DNA from: Candidatus Bathyarchaeia archaeon
Lineage (GTDB): Archaea; Thermoproteota; Bathyarchaeia; Bathyarchaeales; Bathycorpusculaceae
DNA: 64,000 bases
Assembly: GCA_049516875.1 (NCBI GenBank)
Contig: JBEKSS010000003.1
Coordinates: forward strand, 64,001 to 128,000
Direction of reading: 5' to 3'
Shown here: positions 40,176-50,400 of the stretch, in pieces
Position numbering within the stretch: position 1 is the stretch's first letter
How the letters are laid out: every line of letters starts with the position of its first letter
Program-made: the position numbers and the translations under genes
The notes under the pieces: model-generated
What the model was told of the DNA's origin: nothing
Databases searched by the model: none
What the model saw: the letters and a program-made list of their open reading frames with translations, nothing else

Positions 40176-41057
40176 GTGAAAGTTTCAACGCAACCTTTCT
40201 CTTCAGATTTTCATGACGAATTCCCACTGCCTTTAGAAAGCAGACGTGAGGCTGAACCCTTCAAGATGGCTGTCAATTGTTTGGTTTCGGACTATGATGG
40301 AACCATAAGTCCATTGGACGTTCCCAGAAGCAAATCAAGAGTCCCCGAGAAAACACGTATAATGCTTCAAAAAATAGGGAGACTCATTCCCGTAGTTATT
40401 GTTACCACGAAGGACCTTGCATTTGTTACTGCGAGAACGCCATTCGTTTATTCATGGTCAGCAGTAAGCGGGCTAGAAAGAAAGATAGGTGACACGATTC
40501 AGAAAAGACGAGGTTATGGACACAAGCTAAGAAATGTTTCCTTGGCTATCGAATATGCGAAATCACACATAACTGACACTGGAGTTGAAATTGAAGAAAA
40601 ACGCAACATGAATCACCGTTCAATTGCCTTCTGTGTAGACTGGCGTCAAGCCAAAGACGCTGTGACAGCGATGAAGGAGTCAGACGCAGTCGCGGACCAT
40701 TGCAAGTCGTTGGGCTTGAAGCTGATTAGGCATGGGTGTCAGCCTTTTTTTGACGTGTATCCCGTGTCCATTGACAAAGGTGTAGCCCTTAAAGAGATGC
40801 TGAAAGAATTGAAGTTGAAAAACGGGGTTCTTTATCTCGGAGACTCGGAGGCAGATAACCCTGCCTTCGAAGCATCGGATGTCAGTGTGGGAGTAATCAA
40901 TACGAAGACTTGCCTGCAAAAGTTGGTTTGCGATTACGTCGTGAAGTTTGAAGATGTTTCCCTTTTTCTGAGCAGGCTTCTGGCAAATAATCTTATGTTC
41001 GATTCGGGTTTTCCTATGATCCGAGCTAATCTTGAAGAGATGAGGCAGAGTGCATAA
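40176..41057 (+). CDS. HAD-IIB sugar-phosphate phosphatase (trehalose-6-phosphate phosphatase-like)
   Basis: SDYDGTISP motif I, IDKGVAL, YLGDSEADNPAF; start may be further downstream. Confidence 0.82.
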   Translation: MKVSTQPFSSDFHDEFPLPLESRREAEPFKMAVNCLVSDYDGTISPLDVPRSKSRVPEKTRIMLQKIGRLIPVVIVTTKDLAFVTARTPFVYSWSAVSGLERKIGDTIQKRRGYGHKLRNVSLAIEYAKSHITDTGVEIEEKRNMNHRSIAFCVDWRQAKDAVTAMKESDAVADHCKSLGLKLIRHGCQPFFDVYPVSIDKGVALKEMLKELKLKNGVLYLGDSEADNPAFEASDVSVGVINTKTCLQKLVCDYVVKFEDVSLFLSRLLANNLMFDSGFPMIRANLEEMRQSA

Positions 41058-42909
41058 AAGAATAGGCGTTTTGATGTATCAAACAAGCACGAGCAAGGGT
41101 CAAGAACTCGTTGCCCAGCGAATGGTGCGAGACTTTATCTCACTGGGGCATGAAGCCTATTTGATTACTAGCGTTTTTCACGACGGCAAGGAAGTCATCT
41201 CATCCGAGAATTTAACAAAGGGCAAAGGCTACATTTTCGTGGCAGATCCAGAGTTGGGGATTCCAGTTATTCGCGTAGCCAGCTACGTCGTGAAATGGCC
41301 TCGTCGGCGCATAAGCTTTCGAGATTTTGTTCACGTCTTGGAAAGGATTGTTGACGAGTTCAAGCTAAACGTGCTCATAACCCACAGCACTCTCTGGAAT
41401 GGGCCAGAGGAGGTTGCCAAGTTTGTTGCTTGGAGACGATACATGAAGGATTTGGGAGGCTATGTGGACCCCATTGTTTTTTGTCACATGTCTCACTTTC
41501 AAGAACCCTCGGCAGAACATTACCCTCTTGTGGAGAGAACTTTCCGAATGGCCTGGAACAGATTGTCATTGTCTCAGATTCTGAAAACAGCGAATCTCGT
41601 GCTTGTTGTAACGCCCATTGAGAAGGAGACAAAGATCAAGATGGGCGCCGACCCGAAGAAATGCTTTCTCTTCCCCGGCGGTGTGAACGAGGAATTGTTT
41701 CTGCGGTTTGCGGCTGCAGACACCGAGGATTTCCTTAAGGGACATCAAATATCCAAAAATGCAAAGCTAGTGTCTTATCTCGGCACTCTGGAAGAGAGAA
41801 AAAATCCCATGGCTGTTCTAAGAATTGCTGCTATTCTCAAGGACAGACCTGACATCCACTTTGTGATAGCAGGGAGAGGGGGTTCACGCTATGCTGACAG
41901 GCTCAAAGAGAAAGCTAGTCAGCTACCCAACGTAACCTACGTTGGCGAGTTGGACGAAAAAGACAAGACCTCGCTTATCAAGTCTTCATTTGCCAACATC
42001 CTCATGAGCGAAGTAGAAGCGCTTGGTTTGAGTCAACTAGAATTCATGTACATGGGTGTGCCTGTCGTTACTTCTGGAGTTGGGGGTCAGTCATGGCTGG
42101 TGCGAAACGGGCGTGAAGGCATACACACTGAAGGCCCAGAAGATGTTGATGGCGCAGCGAAGGCGATACGAAATCTCGCAGATGATCCTGAGCTGTGGAA
42201 TAGGCTGTCTGTAAACGCAAAGGAAAGGGCAAGGGACATGGCATCCTACAAAATCATAAGAGAATTAGATGATGCAATAACTGGAGAGCTGGTAAAGGAA
42301 AGCGGCTTGATGCTCATACCGCCTGAGACCATCCTAACTTTGGCCGAACCAGAACACGTTTTGAAAACATGGGCAAAAGGAAGTTGGGGAGTAGTTGCCA
42401 CGGACAGAAGACTGTTTATCAGGCATGGACGCATCTCGAGAAAAGTCACAGAGATCCCCTACAAGAGCATAGTGTACATTGAACATACAAGGAGGTACCC
42501 GTGGAAAATCTTGCTGGCTGGACTCTTGCCCGCATTCGTTCTCCTGTTGGAACCTCTGTGGCGATACATTCTCAAGTCGACGTTCATCTCAGTCATTGAA
42601 ACATTGACGAGTTCGATCATAACAATAGTCCCTCAACTCGGATCAGCTCAAATGCTCGTGATTCTTGTCGCCTCGATTCCATGCCTCATAAGCATTGTAG
42701 CGTTTGCGGTTCAAGCAAGAACCGGGTTCAATCTACAGGCGTCGGGGATAAAACTTGCATATCTTCCTCATGGATTCCGAGAAGCAATAGCATTCATAAG
42801 AAGTGTTCAAGATGAGCAGAATGCCGTGTACACAGAGGATGTTCAAACAAGATTACAAAAGCACCGGGCGAAAAAAGGAGTGCGCACGCCAATCAGTAAA
42901 GCGGACTAA
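41050..42909 (+). CDS. GT4 glycosyltransferase with C-terminal membrane domain
   Basis: YLGTLEERKN, EALGLSQLEFMYMGVPVV (EX7E); C-terminal ATDRRLFI module plus two TM helices. Confidence 0.85.
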   Translation: MHKRIGVLMYQTSTSKGQELVAQRMVRDFISLGHEAYLITSVFHDGKEVISSENLTKGKGYIFVADPELGIPVIRVASYVVKWPRRRISFRDFVHVLERIVDEFKLNVLITHSTLWNGPEEVAKFVAWRRYMKDLGGYVDPIVFCHMSHFQEPSAEHYPLVERTFRMAWNRLSLSQILKTANLVLVVTPIEKETKIKMGADPKKCFLFPGGVNEELFLRFAAADTEDFLKGHQISKNAKLVSYLGTLEERKNPMAVLRIAAILKDRPDIHFVIAGRGGSRYADRLKEKASQLPNVTYVGELDEKDKTSLIKSSFANILMSEVEALGLSQLEFMYMGVPVVTSGVGGQSWLVRNGREGIHTEGPEDVDGAAKAIRNLADDPELWNRLSVNAKERARDMASYKIIRELDDAITGELVKESGLMLIPPETILTLAEPEHVLKTWAKGSWGVVATDRRLFIRHGRISRKVTEIPYKSIVYIEHTRRYPWKILLAGLLPAFVLLLEPLWRYILKSTFISVIETLTSSIITIVPQLGSAQMLVILVASIPCLISIVAFAVQARTGFNLQASGIKLAYLPHGFREAIAFIRSVQDEQNAVYTEDVQTRLQKHRAKKGVRTPISKAD

Positions 42910-42975
42910 AGCGGAATCAGCAGTTGAACTCCACCCGAAATTCCGGGCAAGTGCTTTTAACTTGTGCCTTGCCGC

Positions 42976-43251
42976 CTATTTTTCCAGCGCGGCGAAGAAC
43001 TTTCGCATACGCTTGAAGGTTTCGAGGTATTCTAATCCCCATTTTGTTGCTCTATATTTCTTCGAGTTCTCGAAGTTGACTTCGTTTATGAAGCCGTGTG
43101 CGACCAAGAAGTTCAGTTCTTTCTTTGTTCTGTCTACTGGCATGTTGGCTCCGTAGGAGACTCTCGTCAGGGAGCAGAGTCCCTTTCTTGCAACTATCTC
43201 TACTATGTCCGCGTAGATGTCGTACTTGGTTCTCCTCTGTTCGCTGGACAA
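42976..43251 (-). CDS. Archaeal winged-helix transcriptional regulator
   Basis: RRTKYDIYADI...TRVSYGANM...YRATKWGLEYL; TTG start at 43251. Confidence 0.85.
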   Translation of the reverse strand: MSSEQRRTKYDIYADIVEIVARKGLCSLTRVSYGANMPVDRTKKELNFLVAHGFINEVNFENSKKYRATKWGLEYLETFKRMRKFFAALEK

Positions 43252-43319
43252 GAAGCGGTTTCTCCAAGTTCCACTATTATTAAATGTTGCACATTTAATC
43301 TTAATTGCGGTGAGACAAG

Positions 43320-44147
43320 GTGCACTCAACGGTTTCGAGTCGTAAACAATATCACATCGCTTGTGGGACTGGTGATTTGGCTGAGTACTTGCTCGTGCCA
43401 GGTGACCCGGATCGTGTTCCAAGAATCGCGAAATTCTGGGATTCAGCCAAGAGAGTGGCCAGCCACCGTGAGTTCTGCAGCTACAGGGGCAAGTACAAGG
43501 GCGTGCCTATCTCAGCCCTGTCAAGCGGCATCGGCCCCGCTTGCATGGCTATCGCAGTCAACGAATCTTCAAGCATAGGGGTAAACACCTTCATCCGCGT
43601 CGGAAGCACCGGAGCAATTCAAAAAGACATTGCTTGCGGCGACCTCATCATTTCCAGTGCTGCGGTACGCCTTGACTGCACAAGCAACTGTTACGCTATA
43701 CCCGAGTATCCTGCAGCAGCTAACTACGAGGTGTTGTTGGCCCTGATTGAAGCCGCCGAAAGCTTGAACGTTTGCAACTATCATGTCGGCGTAACAGCGA
43801 CCACCTCAGATTTTTATGCTGGACAGGCTCGGCCGAGTGCTAGAGGCTGTTCATTCAACATGGAGAACCTGCTTCCAACATTACAAAAGGCTGGAATACT
43901 CAGTTTTGATATGGAAACGGCAACATTGTACACTTTGGCAGCGCTTTGCGGGTTGAGGGCGGGCTCTATCTGTGCAGTTTACGCCAACCGGTGTACAAAC
44001 GAGTTCAAACCAGGCGAAGGCGAAGAAAACGCCATAAGAATCGCGAACGAAGCTGTGAAGATACTCAAGGAATGGGACACAGTGAAGAGAAAGAAAGAAA
44101 AGCGGTGGTTGTTTCCATCGCTAATCCACAGCCTGAAACCGAAATAG
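43320..44147 (+). CDS. udp: Uridine/nucleoside phosphorylase
   Basis: VPGDPDRV, SHREF, IRVGSTGA, DFYAGQ, DMETA. Confidence 0.9.
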   Translation: MHSTVSSRKQYHIACGTGDLAEYLLVPGDPDRVPRIAKFWDSAKRVASHREFCSYRGKYKGVPISALSSGIGPACMAIAVNESSSIGVNTFIRVGSTGAIQKDIACGDLIISSAAVRLDCTSNCYAIPEYPAAANYEVLLALIEAAESLNVCNYHVGVTATTSDFYAGQARPSARGCSFNMENLLPTLQKAGILSFDMETATLYTLAALCGLRAGSICAVYANRCTNEFKPGEGEENAIRIANEAVKILKEWDTVKRKKEKRWLFPSLIHSLKPK

Positions 44148-44275
44148 AACAGGTCATGAATAGGTGGGCCACTGCACAAACATTGAATAATCAACCTCTG
44201 TTCAACAAACAAATCTGGCATCGCGTTTCTCTGCTGGATAAAGCTAAAAGCTACTGTTCAGAATCTCTAAACAGT

Positions 44276-44405
44276 GCCGGGGTGGCGGAGTGGTTATCGC
44301 GCTGGCCTCGAGATCGCACTCTAAAACAGAGGGCCTAGAGCACGGGGGACAAGTAAGCCAGTGGGCCTTTGGCTCGCAGGGGTTCGAGTCCCTTCCCCGG
44401 CGCCA
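44276..44405 (+). tRNA. tRNA-Ser(CGA) with 43-nt intron at 37/38 (44313-44355) and encoded CCA
   Basis: GCCGGGG/CCCCGGC acceptor stem, CTGGC/GCCAG anticodon stem, CGA at 44309-44311, long variable arm, GGTTCGAGTCCC T arm, BHB-like junction. Confidence 0.92.
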
Positions 44406-44577
44406 TTTTACCAATTGAGGCTAGATTTTGAGCTTTTTCGACGGGAAGACCTTGATTTTCGCGTGCGCTACGTAAGAATCGTAGCTGGCATCATAATGTG
44501 TTTCAGTCTACGTATCAGCTGACTAGTCTCAGTCTCAACCAAAACAGTTTTCGGAGTGAAAGGGCACTTATCGTAAC

Positions 44578-45406
44578 ATGCGAGATGCGAGCATAAATGT
44601 AGTGGATCTTGATGAGAAGAATGTTGATGATGCCTTGGATGTCTGCGCATTTCCAAGCGTAAGAAATGAATCGAGCTACCGAAAAGGTTGTGAAATAAGA
44701 AAAAAGTGGTTGATGGACCTCTATAGAACAGTGGGTCCGTGCGCCAAAATTGCCTAATTCGCGAACAAGCCCGTTGGGGCCATCGAGTATACTCCGCTTC
44801 ATTCGATTCCATACTTCAGGACGAGGAGGAGAGATGCCCTCTACATTCATTGCATGTATGTTCCAAAGAGATACAGGCATCGGGGCGTCGGTTCGGCTCT
44901 CTTGGATTCACTAATAAATGAAATGTCAAAACCGAACAAGCTTTTTCGCCAAGTCCCCTGCCGGATGCTTGTCACATCAGCCAGCAAGATCCATGGATAC
45001 ACGCAAGTGGGACTCTTCAAACACAAGGGTTTCAGAAGAATTAAGGGCAACGCAGATGTTGGGCTTGTTCTGTCCTTGTCTGGTACTGTTAAGGATGTGA
45101 AATTGGATATTCCTTCTTCAAAACCCAGAACCGTGAAAGAACATGGCGTCAGAATATTTTTCAAATCCACTTGTCAGTACTGCATGCATACAAATGAGAG
45201 AATGATAAAGGCCGAAATCAGAAAAGTGAACAAAGAAATACCAATCAAAGAATGTAATCTGTGGGATTGCCCTGAAGAGGCTATTCGAAGACGCATCACA
45301 TACGTTGCAACGTACATAAATGGGAAACCCGTTTCTTCCAATGGCACCGCGAAAGCTCCTTGAGACCTTGAGGCGTATGGCTTCGGAACCGAGTGTTAAA
45401 GCTTGA
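44578..45406 (+). pseudogene. Disrupted GNAT acetyltransferase with thioredoxin-like C-terminus
   Basis: Frame from ATG 44578 hits TAA at 44755 then continues in frame into YVPKRYRHRGVGSALL and CQYC; probable frameshift near 45335. Confidence 0.78.
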
Positions 45407-45461
45407 ATGGACCCTATTAGCCCCAATTACCTCGACGCTGAAACAACGTTATTCTTGCAAT

Positions 45462-45956
45462 TTACTCCTTTCTTGTTTTGAGGGGTATTTCAGTCGTTTC
45501 CTTGCAAGTCTCGAAGACCATGCACGTGAGGGTCTTCTCGATTCCCCTTACGAACCGTAGCTTATCGATAACGAATTGCCCTATCGTGTGAACGCTTTCT
45601 GCTCTGAGTTTTATTAGTAGGTCCCAGTCGCCCGTTATTATGTGCACCTCTTGAACCTCTGGAAACTTGGCAATTTCCGCCGCTCTTTCTCTCTGCGAAA
45701 AAGGCCTCTCCCCATCCCTTACACCGTAAGTTACGGAAGCTAGGATGAAGGCCGTGGTGCCGCAACCAAGTTTCTTTGGATCAAGAACTGCTCTATACTC
45801 TTTTATGACACCTAGCTCTTCCATGCGCTTTATCTTTGCGAAGACGGTTGTTATTGGCGAATCAATTTTTCTGGCAATCTCCCTTGCGGTGAGTTTGCAT
45901 TCTCTCTGCACAAGAGCCAAGATTGCTATGTCTTTCTCGTCGAGTTTCGCTTCCAT
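45462..45956 (-). CDS. Lrp/AsnC transcriptional regulator
   Basis: LDEKDIAIL...TVFAKIKRMEELGVI HTH; VHIITGDWDLLIK RAM domain. Confidence 0.93.
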   Translation of the reverse strand: MEAKLDEKDIAILALVQRECKLTAREIARKIDSPITTVFAKIKRMEELGVIKEYRAVLDPKKLGCGTTAFILASVTYGVRDGERPFSQRERAAEIAKFPEVQEVHIITGDWDLLIKLRAESVHTIGQFVIDKLRFVRGIEKTLTCMVFETCKETTEIPLKTRKE

Positions 45957-46119
45957 AGCTGTAATTATTACATCTTCTGCTATAAAATGCTAACGTTTTC
46001 TGAAAAATTTCCAATTTTTGTTATAAAAAGTTTATTTTCCAGTACGTACACTTCTACATGCACCAACATTGGTCAATCTGGAAGTGTTCACAAGACATGT
46101 TGAACTCAAAGGTGATTGG

Positions 46120-47109
46120 ATGAGTGAAAAACGTTTCAGCCCGCAGAGAAGTCTGACGATTAGTGAGTTGCCTAGGCCATTGGAGGAATTGTCTGAAGAC
46201 GAAATCCAGAGAAAACATTGCATCAGCAAGATAATGACTTGCACTCTGAAATGCCTAACTCAAGAGTTTACCGACAACGACTTCGAATGGTTGCTGCCAG
46301 TCATTCTTTCCCAGTCAACCGACCCCCTGTGGCCAGACTCATGTGCATCAATCGAGAAGCGCGTTGAGGTCGAAATCTACGGAAAAACAGTCAGAACGAC
46401 GACAAGCATGATAGTTCACAAGATGGTTGCCTGCTCTCTAGCCGTTCCCAAGCTATTCATACTCTCTCCGAACGTAAGGATAGAAAAAAGTGAAAGAGCG
46501 ACCACTGGAATGCACGCCTACGAGTTCACACAACTCGACTTCGAAGCTAGGAACGCCACATCACGAGATATCAGAAACTTTGTTGAAAAAGTTGCCCAGC
46601 GATTGATAGATAGTTTGAAAAAGAACATGAAGGATGAGCTGCTATACCTCAGAAAACATGATGGGTTGAGAACCCCAAGAACCCCTTTCAAAGTCCACGA
46701 TAAGGTAGAACTCGAAGAAGAGTATGGAAAAGAATGGGAACTTCAAATTCCATCTGAAACCGAAGATCCGGTCTGGGTGACCAACATTCCCCGAGAATTC
46801 TACGATTTTGAGGATCTCAAAAGCGGCAGATGGGACAACTACGATCTGTACTTGCCAGGATACGGAGAGGTATTGTCTGGTGCAAGAAGAGAGTTCGAAT
46901 ACGCCAAGATTAGCGGAAAAATGGAGAGAGACGGCGTCAGAAAGGAAAACTATGCGCTGTTGCTAAAACTCGCAAAAGAGGGAAGACTGAAGTCCACAGC
47001 TGGCGCTGGAATAGGCATAGAAAGGCTCGTTAGCTGGATAGTTGGAGCCAAGCACATTGGAGAGACACAGGTTTTTCCCAAAATACCGGGAGTAATCCAT
47101 GACTTATGA
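46120..47109 (+). CDS. asnA: Archaeal asparagine synthetase A (AsnRS paralog lacking the anticodon domain)
   Basis: TDPLWPD, SPNVRIE, HAYEFTQLDFE, EVLSGARRE, GAGIGIERL class II motifs; no N-terminal OB domain. Confidence 0.88.
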   Translation: MSEKRFSPQRSLTISELPRPLEELSEDEIQRKHCISKIMTCTLKCLTQEFTDNDFEWLLPVILSQSTDPLWPDSCASIEKRVEVEIYGKTVRTTTSMIVHKMVACSLAVPKLFILSPNVRIEKSERATTGMHAYEFTQLDFEARNATSRDIRNFVEKVAQRLIDSLKKNMKDELLYLRKHDGLRTPRTPFKVHDKVELEEEYGKEWELQIPSETEDPVWVTNIPREFYDFEDLKSGRWDNYDLYLPGYGEVLSGARREFEYAKISGKMERDGVRKENYALLLKLAKEGRLKSTAGAGIGIERLVSWIVGAKHIGETQVFPKIPGVIHDL

Positions 47110-47110
47110 A

Positions 47111-47763
47111 CAGCTGAAAGCGACGCCATCTCAGTTGCAAGGTTGTACATAGTAATGAAAGATTTGCTTGAAGAGAAAAACGCTCAAGCCTTAACCATGG
47201 CGTACGGTGACAACCCGTTGCCCGTCCCGTGCGTTGCCTACGCTAACCTGAGAGATGAGGGAATACCCGCAGCTTGCGAAGCAGACATCAACTCTCTTCT
47301 CTCAATGACGATCATGCATTACATTGCAGAAAAGCCAAGCTTCATGGGCAACATGTTCATCGACCCAGCCGACAAGAACCTTATCATCAGCCATTGCGTA
47401 TGTCCACGAAAAATGCAAGGATACAAGACCAGACCAGCACCCCACATGCTGAGACCTTATCACACTGAAAAATTCACTGGCAGCCTGACAGCTTTCGTCA
47501 AGACGAAAAAAGGCCAAGAAATAACGTTGTGGCGGCTCAGCGGCGATCTCAAAAACATGTTGATTACAAAAGGGATAATTGTGGACAGCGTAGAACACAA
47601 GGGCGAAACTTATTGCAGAGCAAAAATAGAAGTGAGAATCAACAATGCAAGAGAGCTTGTTCACAAGACTTTCGGAAATCATCACATGATAGTCTACGGC
47701 GACTACACAGAGCAGTTAAGAAAGCTCAACGAAATCCTGGGCATAACCACAATAGAAGTATAA
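47111..47763 (+). pseudogene. 5'-truncated L-fucose/arabinose isomerase-family remnant
   Basis: ACEADI, ISHCVCP, CRAKIEV, GNHHMIVYGDY C-terminal motifs; frame begins directly at the asnA end with no N-terminal domain. Confidence 0.65.
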
Positions 47764-47945
47764 ACACTTTCACAAGTGAGTCCAAACGACTGCCCGTATA
47801 CAGAACCGCCTCAAAGATTATAGTTATTGACTGGCAGATTTGACAACCGCACTATGGAGCGTGCATGCAGGACAGTTAACAGTGATTCGTTTTCTCAATT
47901 CATAATCCATATTAGCTTCAGAACAAAGAAGCCTTTGAGGGTTCA

Positions 47946-48752
47946 ATGTTGACTGAAACTGTAAACGATGAAAAGGTTGTCATATCAACTGAAGCGTTAC
48001 CTTCTAATGAAAGAATAGCTGAGAGGAAGACGATCGTTTACGAAACTCGTGTTGACCCAACCGTGATAAAGGTGGCTGGGGAAAAACTCAAGGATCAGCT
48101 GTTCACTAGATTTGGGTTCTTGAAGCCTAAACCAGGTGAGGTTCAATTCGTTTCCATCGAAAAGTACTACGAACCTTATTCGATGATTAATGGAAAGTAT
48201 TTCATTGATTACTATCGCAAGTGCGCCTACTTGGTTAAGGTTGACGGCAAAGTTCTGGAAGTCGTTCTCTTAAACAACAAGTTTGAGCCCGAACAGTCGA
48301 CGGATTCCTATGCAAAAGATCACAAAGTGATTAGACTCGAGGGAGAAGAGCGGTTAAGGAACGAGGTTAAAGCCTCCCTTATCTTGGATCGGTCGGGACA
48401 AGACGTTACACTTGAAAAACTCCCCTCTGCTCCTTCGGAGAGACACCCTAAGAAAATACTGGCAGAATTTGGCGAACAGGAAATCGCTGGAAACGCGGAC
48501 TTGGACATCATCCGATCCAGAATAGTCAAACGCCCAGAGGACATAAATCGACTTGTCAGTGAGCTTTTTGAAGTTGACGAACGAGCCGTAATCTACACTC
48601 CAAGGTTTAGAATCCTATACAGAAACCTGAAGACAGGCGAGGAGAAGACTGTTGAATTTGACGGCGTTACAGCTGAAAAAATCCAGCAAAGCAAGCACGC
48701 AAGTTCACACTGCATCTCTCCTGTTCCTCCTCCACCTCCTCCACCACCATGA
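47946..48752 (+). CDS. Hypothetical protein with poly-Pro tail
   Basis: 268-aa ORF with GAGG RBS; ends in eight prolines. Confidence 0.75.
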   Translation: MLTETVNDEKVVISTEALPSNERIAERKTIVYETRVDPTVIKVAGEKLKDQLFTRFGFLKPKPGEVQFVSIEKYYEPYSMINGKYFIDYYRKCAYLVKVDGKVLEVVLLNNKFEPEQSTDSYAKDHKVIRLEGEERLRNEVKASLILDRSGQDVTLEKLPSAPSERHPKKILAEFGEQEIAGNADLDIIRSRIVKRPEDINRLVSELFEVDERAVIYTPRFRILYRNLKTGEEKTVEFDGVTAEKIQQSKHASSHCISPVPPPPPPPP

Positions 48753-48842
48753 ACGCATGCTTGTCTATTTCGTCGAAATCTAGCAAACACTGTCGAAAAT
48801 AAGGAGAGAGAGCGCGCGCTACGGGCAAGACCTGACTAGGGT

Positions 48843-50057
48843 TCATCGCGGCTCCTTAGATGCTGGGGTTCGCTCTTTACGCCCATGTTTCTTGTCGTGT
48901 GTGTACAAGTTTTCGAGCATTTCTACGGCCGCTCCATAGCTGAAGTTCCACGTCCCATCTTTGAACATCTGGTGTATTTCCACATTGTCCCATGTTCCCT
49001 GCAGGTCTCCTAAGAGCATATGGGCATCTTTGATGCACCCTCTCTCTGCCAATTGCCTGAGGGACTTTCGCATGCCTGCGGATTCAAACGCTGGGACTAC
49101 AAGGCGAACGAACAAGGCGTTTCTTTCAAGTATCCTTTCGTAGCTGGTGTTGTATGGAAGATGTTTCAATGCTCCAGTGAATCTCCTCAGGTTCGCGTTG
49201 CTTGGGAAGTCGAGGTAAAACAGGAAGAATAGTGCCGTCTGTTCTTGATTGGGGAACAGGTACACTCTGTAGCCGTTGATCAGTCCTTGAGGGTTAAGGT
49301 TATTCTTGATCCTGCGGGAAACCATCGGGATGAATTTCTTGCCGTTTTTTTCTCCAATTGTTTGTGCTATTTCTGCAACGATTCTTCTTTGTGTCGTCCG
49401 TGCATTGAGTTCCAAACATCGCAGGATGATGAGGTCAATCAAATCAAACTCTGCTCTTCTGCAGTTCTCAGGCTCATCAGGTCTTTCTGCTACAAATGAA
49501 TCGAAGGCTTCTACCCATCTATGCCAGTCGAACACAGAAACGCGCTGTTTTCTGGTGTAGAAATCCATGTCCAACAAAGGATACTTGGGGCTGGCGGTTG
49601 CGTAGATTTTAGAATCAGAAATCAGCTCTCTCTTTGCAAGCTCGTTGAGAAAAGCCTTCAGATCCCTTTCCTTGTCTGGAGGAACAGCGTAGCGAACGTA
49701 GTTACCGAGTTTCCATCCGTCTACAACGGCGAGATATCTCCATAGGGGGAAACTGGTAAGGGCGCGGCCGGCAGCCTCTTCTTTTCCAGTTGGCGCGGAC
49801 GCCAAAACCGAGTAACTCTTCAATCCCAGCTTGGCCTCATTGATAAGCGCTCTGAAACGGACAATATCATCCTTATCAAATCTTCGAATACGATAACTCA
49901 CCGTCTGCTGGGGCGCGCCAACTGCTTCAGCCAACCTGCGAACGTTATAGACACCGTGCGCAAGTATGGCTCTGATAATCTTAAAGTCCAAAGAGTCAAG
50001 CCGCTTGAACTTCTGGGAATATTCAGTCATCGAAGGAAGCAAGCGTTCATAACTCAT
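48843..50057 (-). CDS. Tandem-HTH Lrp/AsnC-like regulator
   Basis: Two HTH units (LDSLDFKII...VSYRIRRF and FDLIDLIILRCLELNAR...), each followed by a beta-rich domain; start uncertain. Confidence 0.75.
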   Translation of the reverse strand: MSYERLLPSMTEYSQKFKRLDSLDFKIIRAILAHGVYNVRRLAEAVGAPQQTVSYRIRRFDKDDIVRFRALINEAKLGLKSYSVLASAPTGKEEAAGRALTSFPLWRYLAVVDGWKLGNYVRYAVPPDKERDLKAFLNELAKRELISDSKIYATASPKYPLLDMDFYTRKQRVSVFDWHRWVEAFDSFVAERPDEPENCRRAEFDLIDLIILRCLELNARTTQRRIVAEIAQTIGEKNGKKFIPMVSRRIKNNLNPQGLINGYRVYLFPNQEQTALFFLFYLDFPSNANLRRFTGALKHLPYNTSYERILERNALFVRLVVPAFESAGMRKSLRQLAERGCIKDAHMLLGDLQGTWDNVEIHQMFKDGTWNFSYGAAVEMLENLYTHDKKHGRKERTPASKEPR

Positions 50058-50202
50058 AAACTCGCACCACAGGGTCGAGTTGTCGAAATATGCACGCAAC
50101 CATTCTTAAACATTGCGTACAGAAGTTCCATTCTGTATCGCGCTAGCAATATTGACTAAAGACTTATATGCTTTGTTAGCAGAAATATCATTAGGGGGAA
50201 AA

Positions 50203-50400
50203 ATGAGACCCATAATCCTTGTTGCAATCCTGCTGCTGTCCCTTTTCCTCGTACCAATGACGCTTGCCTTACATCAGTCGCTTCGAATCCCGAAGATCAT
50301 ACTGACTAGGCTCAACCTTGATTCCGGCTGCCAATTGTGCGGAGCCACAACCAAGTCTACTGAGCCTGGAAGCGGCGGTGGAGGGCAGGGCGTCATCTGA
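50203..50400 (+). CDS. Small signal-peptide-bearing protein with Gly-rich C-terminus
   Basis: GGGGG RBS, MRPIILVAILLLSLFLVPMTLA signal-like N-terminus, CQLC, EPGSGGGGQGVI. Confidence 0.55.
   Translation: MRPIILVAILLLSLFLVPMTLALHQSLRIPKIILTRLNLDSGCQLCGATTKSTEPGSGGGGQGVI

Noticed and set aside
44380-44405. tRNA 3' end as att site of an integrated element
   Set aside because: No duplicate of the tRNA 3' end and no integrase seen in the window
44755-44757. Stop-codon readthrough (Pyl/Sec) in the GNAT gene
   Set aside because: The codon is TAA, not TAG or TGA, and a second lesion points to pseudogenisation
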